64,000 nt of DNA from NCBI GenBank assembly GCA_963758525.1, contig CAVWVQ010000003.1, positions 2,784,001 to 2,848,000 on the forward strand. Direction: 5' to 3'. The DNA comes from an uncultured Phycisphaerales bacterium. Its GTDB lineage: Bacteria; Planctomycetota; Phycisphaerae; Tepidisphaerales; Tepidisphaeraceae. Under the pieces are notes generated by a model, which ran no database searches, was not told the DNA's origin, and worked only from the letters and a program-made list of their open reading frames with translations. The translations under genes were made by a program, and so were the position numbers. Of this stretch, positions 56,744 to 64,000 are shown one piece after another; the stretch's first letter is position 1, and every line of letters starts with the position of its first letter.

Positions 56744-57471
56744 TCTCCAGCCGCGCCAGCCCGAAAGAGTGATTGCCACGAAACAACACAAACGACACAA
56801 AAAAAATAGCCTGGGGACCAGAGCAGCTTCCGGTTCACTTTCTGCTATTGCGCGTCGCCGCTCTATTTCCTTTTTGTGTTTTTGTGTTTTTGTGGCCATT
56901 CGCTCTTTGATTCCAACGCGCTCGGCCATGGTCTGCGTGCGTCGTCAATGGAGTGCGCCTTGGTGCTGAACCTGCGGCTGTCCCCGCCGATCTGTTGCGA
57001 TTGCGTCACGGTATCCTTTTCGCTCGCCCCCGTACGACATTGGTTGGCTCCTGTTTCTCCTGCGCCGACGATTCCGTCTGTTCGAGGCGTAGGGTCCGCT
57101 CGGCGGCTCCTAAGGTACGCCTCGAATGGCCGAAAGCGTAGAGCCGCCGTGCGGACCATTCCTCGACTTCCGCGAGAATCCTCGACGGCGCTCTCCGCTT
57201 TCCATGATGAGCTATCCATCCAAACCGTCTCTAACAGATTTCGCAGACGGCAATCCACCTTGATTGCGTGTGTCCTACGAAATCGCCCCTTCGCAATGCG
57301 ACGATTCCTGCCGCCCGAATTGCGATCAGTAAGTCTCGACCTCAGCTCTATCCCGTATGATGGCACGAAATGGCACGATTTGGCACATTATTTTTCTCAA
57401 CCGACAAGAGCCGTAGCTCCAAACCTGATGGTTATACCGGCGCCATAATGGTTAATTCTCTGCGCCGTTTG
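56744..57471 (+). repeat. ~730-bp direct repeat, copy 1
   Basis: TCTCCAGCCGCGCCAGCCC...ATAATGGTTAATTCTCTGCGCCGTTTG aligns by eye with 58411-59141. Confidence 0.9.
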
Positions 57472-57563
57472 GTATTTGTCCTATCGGCTCTGATGGGCGT
57501 CAGCCTTCTTGGGCTGTGGATACAAAGCCATCGGGTGTGCATTGTTGCAACTGTTCCCATTCG
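57448..57563 (+). pseudogene. 5' stub of a membrane-anchored protein gene cut by the HUH element ends
   Basis: MVNSLRRLVFVLSALMGVSLLGLWIQSHRV..., interrupted at 57564 by GGAGGCTGTTAAGGTG. Confidence 0.55.
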
Positions 57564-57629
57564 GGAGGCTGTTAAGGTGACATCCATCTTTCTTGACGAT
57601 GCACATCCGCTGGGAGGCTGTTAAGGTGA

Positions 57630-58405
57630 GGAGGCTGTTAAGGTGACATCCATCTTTCTTGACGATGCACATCCGCTGGATATATCACGCCACCATGCCC
57701 CGCACTTCCCGAGCAGCCGTCGGCGGTCTGGTTTATCACGTTCTCAACCGCGGCAACGGCCGGCCGGAGATCTTCCGCAAGCCGGGAGACTTCCTGGCGT
57801 TTCTCGATCTAAGGGGCGACGCGAAGGGAGAGGCGGAGATCGAAGTCTTCGGCTTCTGCCTGATGTCCAACCACTGGTCCCGGCCCGCCGGGAGTAGTGC
57901 GGCCGCGGCGGGATCAGGACCTGGCCAGGTACTTCTCCTGGCTGACCAACACCCACGTCAAGCGGTACCGCGCTCACTACCGCCGCACCAGCGGCCATCT
58001 CTATCAGGGCCGGTACAAGAGCTTCGTGGTTCAGGAGGACGCGCATCTTCTGACGCTGCTGCGTTATGTTGAAGCCAATTCATTACGGGCGAAGATGGTG
58101 GAGCGAGCACAGGATTGGCAATGGTCGAGCCTCGGTTGCAACAAGGAGCTGTCAAAGAAGCTGCTCGACGATTGGCCGACCGATCGGCCGCGCAACTGGA
58201 CGGCGCTGGTGAACGAGCCGATCGATCCAACCGCTCAGAAACGCGTGGCGATGAGCTTCGAGCGCGGTCGACCGTTGGGCAGCGATCCCTGGACACTGAA
58301 AATGGCTGGCCAGATGGGCCTGCAGTACACTCTGAATCCGCGAGGCAGGCCGAAATTGCCGAACGGCGATAAATAACAACGATGGATGCCACCTTAACAG
58401 CTTCC
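57630..58405 (+). mobile_element. RAYT-like HUH (Y1) transposase element with 25-bp inverted ends
   Basis: Left end GGAGGCTGTTAAGGTGACATCCATC, right end GATGGATGCCACCTTAACAGCTTCC (2 mismatches). Extra left-end copies at 57564 and 57613. Confidence 0.8.
57695..58376 (+). pseudogene. RAYT-like HUH tyrosine transposase, disrupted at the HUH motif
   Basis: MPRTSR...YHVLNRGNGR...FCLMSNHW | frameshift | VRPRRDQDLARYF...GHLYQGRYKSF...RYVEANS.RA...WQWSS...RGRP. Confidence 0.85.
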
Positions 58406-58410
58406 GCCCG

Positions 58411-59141
58411 TCTCCAGCCGCGCCAGCCCAAAAGAGGGATTGCCACGAAACAACACAAACGACACAAAAAAAAGAGAGCCTGGGGACCAGAGCAGCTTCC
58501 GGTTCACTTTCTGCTATTGCGCGTCGCCGCTCTATTTCCTTTTTGTGTTTTTGTGTTTTTGTGGCCATTCGCTCTTTGATTCCAACGCGCTCGGCCATGG
58601 TCTGCGTGCGTCGTCAATCAGAGTGCGACTTGGTGCTAAGCCTGCGGCTGTCCCAGTGGATCTGTTGCCATTGCGTCACGGTATCATTTTCGCTCGACCC
58701 CGTGCGACATTGATTGGCCTCCGGCTTCTCCTCTGGCAACGATTCGGTCTGTTCGAGGCGTAGGGCCCGCTCGGCGGCTCCTGATTACGCCTCGAATGGC
58801 CGAAAGTGTAGAGCCGCCGTGCGGACCATTCCTCGACTTCCGCGAGAATCCTCGACGGCGCTCTCCGCTTTCCATGATGAGCTATCAATTCAAACCGTCT
58901 CTAACAGATTTCGCAGACGGCAATCCACCTTGATTGCGTGTGTCCTACGAAATCGCCCCTTCGCAATGCGACGATTCCTGCCGCCCGAATTGCGATCAGT
59001 AAGTCTCGACCTCAGCTCTATCCCGTATGATGGCACGAAATGGCACGATTTGGCACATTATTTTTCTCAACCGACAAGAGCCGTAGCTCCAAACCTGATG
59101 GTTATACCGGGGCCATAATGGTTAATTCTCTCCGCCGTTTG
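58411..59141 (+). repeat. ~730-bp direct repeat, copy 2
   Basis: Near-identical to 56744-57471, with substitutions clustered at about 58620-58790. Confidence 0.9.
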
Positions 59142-59142
59142 C

Positions 59143-59604
59143 ATGCAGTGGCTCACCATGACGCATGCCGCCCGCTGGCATGCCCATCGCCACAGCGTGG
59201 GGCGCGGACATCTGTACCAGGGGCGCTTCCGGAGCTTTCCGATTCAGCAGGACGGGCATTTCCTGAGTGTCTGCCGGTATGTGGAGCGTAATGCGCTGCG
59301 GGCCAATCTGGTGGCCAAGGCGGAGGACTGGCGATGGGGTTCGCTCTGGGCGAGGGATGACCGCAGCAGCGCGATCGCCCGGTTTCTGGCTCCCTGGCCG
59401 GTGGAGATGCCAGGGAGATGGGGGACTCTGGTCAATCGGGCGGAAAGCGAGGAAGAGCTAGCCGCGTTACGCCGCGCGGTTGCTCGCGGCCGTCCCTACG
59501 GCGATGATCGCTGGTCGCAGCGGACGGCCAAGGCGCTGGGTGCTGAGAGCTCGTTGCGCCCGATCGGCCGGCCGAAGAAATCGAAGCCGCCGAGGAAAGA
59601 TTGA
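59143..59604 (+). pseudogene. C-terminal half of a second RAYT-like transposase
   Basis: MQWLTMTHAARWH...GHLYQGRFRSF...RYVERNALRANLV...WRWGS...GRPYG...RPIGRP. The N-terminal HUH half is absent. Confidence 0.85.
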
Positions 59605-59775
59605 CGGATAATGTAACTGTTTACCGTCAGCAGCGCACAGATAGCAACTTTGCTGGGATTTTGAGATGCCCAATGTGCGCCATTACGTCTCGCGGCCCGT
59701 TTCTATGCTGTGATTCTCGGTCATTTTGCCACGGTAAACAGTTACCGGATAATAGGCAAAGATAGGCTGATGACC

Positions 59776-59968
59776 GGCTCTGTAGAAAACCCATAGTAAC
59801 GCGAGAGCGATGTTGTGCGTCAATACTCTCAAGAACAGGTCACGGCAGCGGCCCCAATGGCTGCGGGCACGTAACGCTGAGCCCAGATTCCGCTTCAACA
59901 TTGAAAAGACGGTCTCGACCTGCGCCCGGTTCCGATACGCATTGCGGTTGAACCGTGTTTTCAGAGCC
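59776..59968 (-). mobile_element. Internally deleted 193-bp derivative (MITE-like) of the adjacent IS
   Basis: Starts GGCTCTGTAGAAAA, matches the IS 3' end, finishes CAGAGCC; flanked by CTGATGACC on both sides. Confidence 0.85.
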
Positions 59969-60907
59969 CTGATGACCGGCTCTGTAGAAAACCCATAGTA
60001 ACGCGAGAGCGATGTTGTGCGTCAATACTCTCAAGAACAGGTCACGGCAGCGGCCCCAATGGCTCCGGGCACGTAACGCTGAGCCCAGATTCCGCTTCAG
60101 CATTGAAAAGACCGTCTCGACCTGCGCCCGGTTCCGATACGCCTTGCGGTTGAACCGTGTTTTCATTTGTCTGCGATATTTGTCGTGCGGCAGGCCGCCG
60201 GGAGTTTGGATCGGGCGTCCAGTGTTGGGTGGGATTGTTGAGCGGATGCCGTGGTCCTCGCGCAGCAGGCGGTGATTGTGGGCCGAGTCGAAACCCGCAT
60301 CGCCGACCATGTGCCTGACCTTCTGAGACAGAGGCAATTCAAGCAGCACCCGATCCAGCTCCGCGACGTCCGGCGTGGGCCCGACACTGGCGACAGCCGC
60401 CAGAATCGCATGCGTGGCGCAGTCGATGATGACCATCAGCTTGCCGTAATGCTTGTAAGTATGCCGCTTTTGCGGCCGTTTTCCCTTGTCCTTTTGATTG
60501 TCGCGACGCCAGATGAAATAGCGGCTGGCGTGGTGTGCGTCGAACCCGCTGGAGTCGACGGCGGCATAGGGCACCCGCCTTTTTCTCTGGCGAATCTTTT
60601 TCACCGTGTGATCGATCAGCCGTCGCACAAGCCTCTGGCTCAGCAGTCGGCGGCTGGCCTTCTGCAACGTAGTGAAGTGTGGCACCACCTTCAGGCCAAC
60701 GGTCTGACAAAGCTCGGGGCAGTCCCGCAGCAACTGGCAGATCCCACGATAGTCCTTCTTCTCGAACTCCTTGAGGACCAGACAGGCAAAGAGCTGCGGC
60801 TGCGTGAACTTATGGGGGCTATAGAGGTGTGAGTAGTCGCTAAAAGCGTCCTTGCCGGCAGCCAGCGCGACCATCGCCACCATCCTTGGCGACTTGCTGG
60901 TTAACAT
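59840..60907 (-). CDS. DDE transposase (IS5/IS4-like); the frame reads through the IS end
   Basis: PHFTTL, VDSSG, GDAGFDS, YRNRAQVETVFSMLK (Y-2-R-3-E-6-K signature). No stop inside the IS. Confidence 0.9.
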   Translation of the reverse strand: MLTSKSPRMVAMVALAAGKDAFSDYSHLYSPHKFTQPQLFACLVLKEFEKKDYRGICQLLRDCPELCQTVGLKVVPHFTTLQKASRRLLSQRLVRRLIDHTVKKIRQRKRRVPYAAVDSSGFDAHHASRYFIWRRDNQKDKGKRPQKRHTYKHYGKLMVIIDCATHAILAAVASVGPTPDVAELDRVLLELPLSQKVRHMVGDAGFDSAHNHRLLREDHGIRSTIPPNTGRPIQTPGGLPHDKYRRQMKTRFNRKAYRNRAQVETVFSMLKRNLGSALRARSHWGRCRDLFLRVLTHNIALALLWVFYRAGHQGSENTVQPQCVSEPGAGRDRLFNVEAESGLSVTCPQPLGPLP

Positions 60908-60953
60908 ATTTATCGCATTATAGGATGGGGAAATGGTGGTTTTCTACAGAGCC
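59978..60953 (-). mobile_element. IS5-family (IS903-like) insertion sequence, 976 bp
   Basis: TIR GGCTCTGTAGAAAA / TTTTCTACAGAGCC; 9-bp target duplication CTGATGACC (59969-59977, 60954-60962). Confidence 0.85.
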
Positions 60954-60970
60954 CTGATGACCCCCTTTCT

Positions 60971-61147
60971 TCACCCGGCGGTCGGGTCTTTCATGTGCTC
61001 AATCGCGGCAATTGCCGCAGGAACATTTTTTCCAAGCCCGGCGACTATGCCGCGTCCATCAAGATTCTGGAGGAGGGCCGGCGTCAAACCGATATGCGCG
61101 TGCTGGCATATTGCCTGATGAGCAATCACTGGCAAGCGGAGAACTAA
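60971..61147 (+). pseudogene. N-terminal fragment of a RAYT-like transposase (not in the ORF track)
   Basis: Hand translation SPGGRVFHVLNRGNCRRNIFSKPGDY...VLAYCLMSNHWQAEN*. Confidence 0.8.
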
Positions 61148-61195
61148 TCGGGGCTACCGGGAGTTTGGATCGGGCGGCACTTGCTGCTTCGATAT

Positions 61196-62398
61196 TCAGG
61201 TTCTCGCGGCGGCAAGTTTGAATCGATGCGCCCATCGGATCGCGGGAAGCTCCACCAGCCGGTACATGACGTATGCGCCCCCAACACTGGCAACGACAGA
61301 CATCGCTATCCACGCCAGGATCAGCGGCGGCGACCCGCGGCAGGCGCGCACTCCCAGGCTGTTGAGCGTGGAGCCGACGCTCCCATGCACCAGGTAAAGG
61401 CTGTAGGAGATGGCGCCCAGAAATTGAATCCACGCGCCCGACAGCCAGCGGCCCATCGTTCCCAGCGAGGCTGCCGTGTAGAGCGCAATGGCCGTCATCA
61501 CCACTACCAGGTTCCACAGAGTCGCGTCGGGTTGGCTGAACAGATGCGGCATGGTGAACAGCGTTGCGCACAGGAGAGCGATATAGGCCCAAAGCCATCG
61601 CACGGAAATCGATCGCTCGATCACGCCCCATACCACGACGCCTGGAAAAAACGAGTACCATCGCGCCAGGAAAAGTCCCTCAGGACACCGCAGCCATCCC
61701 ACGGAGACAGCGAGTGAAACCAGCGCGAGCGGCACAAAGATGAAGCAGCGCGACCCCTGCGCGAAGCCCGCAACCGCCCGATCGCGAAACGGCAATCGTT
61801 GGGCGACGCCGGTGAGGATCGTCAGCACCAGATAGAACTGCACCTCCAGGCACAGCGTCCAGAAGACGCCGTTGATCTCGCGAAGGTGGAGCAAATCCTG
61901 CAGGTAAAACAGATGCGCCAGCACAACTTTCCATCCCGGAAAGGGGACTTCCCGGCCGGGCCGCATGCGGTTGAGCAGCAGATTCATCATGAGAACCAGA
62001 ACAATGGTCGCCCAGTATGGCGGATCGAGCCGTAGCGATCGTCTCAGGGCAAAGCGGCCGAGATAGCGCGGCGTGACGTGGATTCCCCGCTGGCTGTAGG
62101 CAATGACGAAACCGCTGAGGACAAAGAAGACCGGCACGCCAAGAAAGCCGCATTTCCACACACTCATCAGCGGCGTGGGAACAAACTGCGCCAGCGGCTT
62201 GCTGAAGTGACCCACCGGTCCCAGATGAAAGAGAACGACTCCCATCGCCGCGATTCCGCGCAAGCCGTCGACGAAGGTGAAGCGACCGGAGGGTCGGGGA
62301 ATGCTCGAGTCAACAGCGCGCGGCGGGCTTGACTGAAGTGTCGCGGTCTCGGCCCCGGGCGGAGAGCCGGCCAGATTGATGGTGGACGGCATATTCAT
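61196..62398 (-). CDS. Acyltransferase 3 family (OafA-like) membrane O-acyltransferase
   Basis: DGLRGIAAMGVVLFH, GVPVFFVLSGFVI, RRSLRL.PPY, WTLCLEVQFY, LGAISYSLYLVH, VELP. Confidence 0.95.
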   Translation of the reverse strand: MNMPSTINLAGSPPGAETATLQSSPPRAVDSSIPRPSGRFTFVDGLRGIAAMGVVLFHLGPVGHFSKPLAQFVPTPLMSVWKCGFLGVPVFFVLSGFVIAYSQRGIHVTPRYLGRFALRRSLRLDPPYWATIVLVLMMNLLLNRMRPGREVPFPGWKVVLAHLFYLQDLLHLREINGVFWTLCLEVQFYLVLTILTGVAQRLPFRDRAVAGFAQGSRCFIFVPLALVSLAVSVGWLRCPEGLFLARWYSFFPGVVVWGVIERSISVRWLWAYIALLCATLFTMPHLFSQPDATLWNLVVVMTAIALYTAASLGTMGRWLSGAWIQFLGAISYSLYLVHGSVGSTLNSLGVRACRGSPPLILAWIAMSVVASVGGAYVMYRLVELPAIRWAHRFKLAAART

Positions 62399-62486
62399 GC
62401 GGCAAAGCCATCGTGAACGAGAGCCGCTTTCCTGCCTGTACCCATGGGCGGCGCGGAGAAACCGAAGCGTGCTCGCGCAAGTTCAT

Positions 62487-64000
62487 CTAGCCCTTCGGCA
62501 AAACATTCGCTCTGTCCTGTTCGCGGGCGATTTTAGCGAACTCCTCGAGAAAGTGATAATTCTGCGACCAGGTGGTGTATAGATACCCCACAACATTGGG
62601 GACAGAGCCGTGCTCTGGAGCCACTGCTTCCAATCCGACATCGGTCCGTCGTAATAGCCGGCGAGAATCTGCCTTTGCCCGCGGTCGGCAAAAAACTTCA
62701 GAGACTGATCGCGGTGCTCGAAGTTCCAGTTGACGATCACGACTGACTTGTCGAGCCCCTCCCACGAGCCGGTCAACGGCCCGTTGACAAGGTAGTAGGG
62801 GCCGGCCACTCCGTTGTGATACGGATCAAACATGTCGCTCCAGAGATAAGGCGTCTTCGGCCGCAGCAAGGCCGTGCATTGCCGGACGTTGTCCGCCAGT
62901 AACTCCCCCGGGGTGCGATGGCGGGATGTGCACGACTCGTCCCAGTTCATGACACGAAACTCGTCGTGCGACATCATGTAGCCGTCCGCTTCCCAGAGCG
63001 CCTTCATGCGCTTGGCCTGATCGGCAAGCAGCGTCATCATTTTCGGATCGGAAATGCAGCCGCAAACCTGCTCGTCATAAATGACCGCAGGGTGATACCA
63101 GGAAACCCGCAGACGCGTGCCGTCGGGCAGATGCGTGTGAATCAATGGTGGCTCATGCCAGACCTGATACTCGCCGGGCCACGGATCGTTTCCCATGCGC
63201 GGGTCAACGATCCGATCGTAGTCCCGGTTCTCAACGCATTGGCGTCCGTGATCGATACTCACCGTGCATGGCGTGCCGTCACGGCGCAGGACATTGAGCA
63301 GGCCGACCTCCTCGATCTTCCAGTTTCGCCAATAGAGCGTGCCGTCAGCGCGATCCCAGACGCCGAAGTAGAGCATCACGTCATGGTTGTCGAGCGTGTT
63401 AAAGATGATGTCCTGGCGCGTCCAGTCCTGTGTCGAATTCACCTTCAAGTTGGTAAACGTCAGCCCGCGCGACCCGGCCAGAGCCTGGATCTGCGGATGC
63501 GCGGTGTAGCGGTCAGTTTTCACATCCACCGAAACGTGATAGCAGCGAAAGCGCGGGAGTTCGAGTTTGAAGGCAAAGCGGTGATGAATCGCGTTGCCGT
63601 GCACGGTCGCAACATTGCCGGCGATCTTCACCGTGTCATCGACAAACGCCGGCGTGGTGAGCGCCACCGGCGGATCAGCGACACAAGAGGCAATCCCGTC
63701 GTGAACGACAAATAACGTGTCCGTCACTGGCAGCCCCTCGGCCAAATTCGGATCGTTGAACAGGATGTCGTTCGAATACCCGATCGGGAAAACTGCCGGC
63801 ACGATCTGGAGCTTCAATTCTTCAGCGATCCGCCTCACCTTCCGGCAATTGTCAAAATAATGCTCCGGCAGCGTTGCGAGCCTGGCGAACTTGCTGTCGC
63901 TGAGCAAGACGGTCGAATAGCCTGCCGCGGCGGCCCGCTTCCAAATGCTCTCCAGTTTCGGAATATTCTCGTCCGGAAGAAGATTCGTCGGGTAATAGAA
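62487..64000 (-). CDS. Putative glycoside hydrolase-like/carbohydrate-binding protein, 5'-partial, frameshift near 62610
   Basis: The frame continues to the right edge. MMSHDE, WSDMFDPYHN and, in the shifted frame, YLYTTW...NY..LE.F resemble GH20-like barrels. Confidence 0.55.

Noticed and set aside
57093..57160. GAGCCGCCGTGCGGACC as group II intron domain V, or the repeat as an attC site
   Set aside because: The domain V 3' half and any reverse transcriptase are missing, and I found no paired RYYYAAC/GTTRRRY box or integron integrase.
57361..57390. TGGCACG motifs as a sigma-54 promoter
   Set aside because: GG-to-GC spacing does not fit -24/-12; it is a 10-bp tandem repeat.
56863..57448. 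ORFs inside the 730-bp repeat
   Set aside because: They are not preserved in the second copy (indels and stops) and show no recognisable domain.
57564..57680. Three GGAGGCTGTTAAGGTGA repeats as a CRISPR array
   Set aside because: No unique spacers, irregular spacing and no cas genes. They match the element end inverted at 58381-58405.

Overview
High-GC bacterial DNA, most likely Planctomycetota (class Phycisphaerae, Tepidisphaerales-like). This is inferred from the DUF1549/DUF1553 cytochrome c plus DUF1501 pair and recurrent ATRP/STQP motifs. Single-base frameshifts are frequent, even in mreB, mreC and mrdA, which suggests an unpolished long-read assembly. From left to right the window holds: an operon of exported proteins (TPR, beta-propeller, two secreted proteins) with a GC drop; glycan-modification genes; an RND efflux pair; a large uncharacterised membrane protein; an NAD+-centred operon; a class 3 FBPase; EPS genes; an mreBCD-mrdA-X-rodA operon; VapBC-like and MNT-HEPN toxin-antitoxin pairs; a partial type VI secretion cluster; and a mobile-element hotspot. 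The NAD+ operon is antitoxin-like gene, deleted HNH, pncB, pncA, a Tpt1/KptA fused in frame to an MbcA/Xre antitoxin C-terminal domain, and a RES toxin. The EPS priming transferase carries a degenerate GGDEF-like domain with an RxxD site. The T6SS cluster is FHA-less TagH-like, TssK, TssL, TssM and TagF-like. The hotspot has two ~730-bp direct repeats, three RAYT-like HUH transposase pieces, and an IS5-family element with a tandem mini-copy and three identical 9-bp target repeats. The strongest candidate for an undescribed system is the Tpt1-antitoxin fusion/RES/NAD-salvage operon. All family calls are by eye from motifs; no searches were run.
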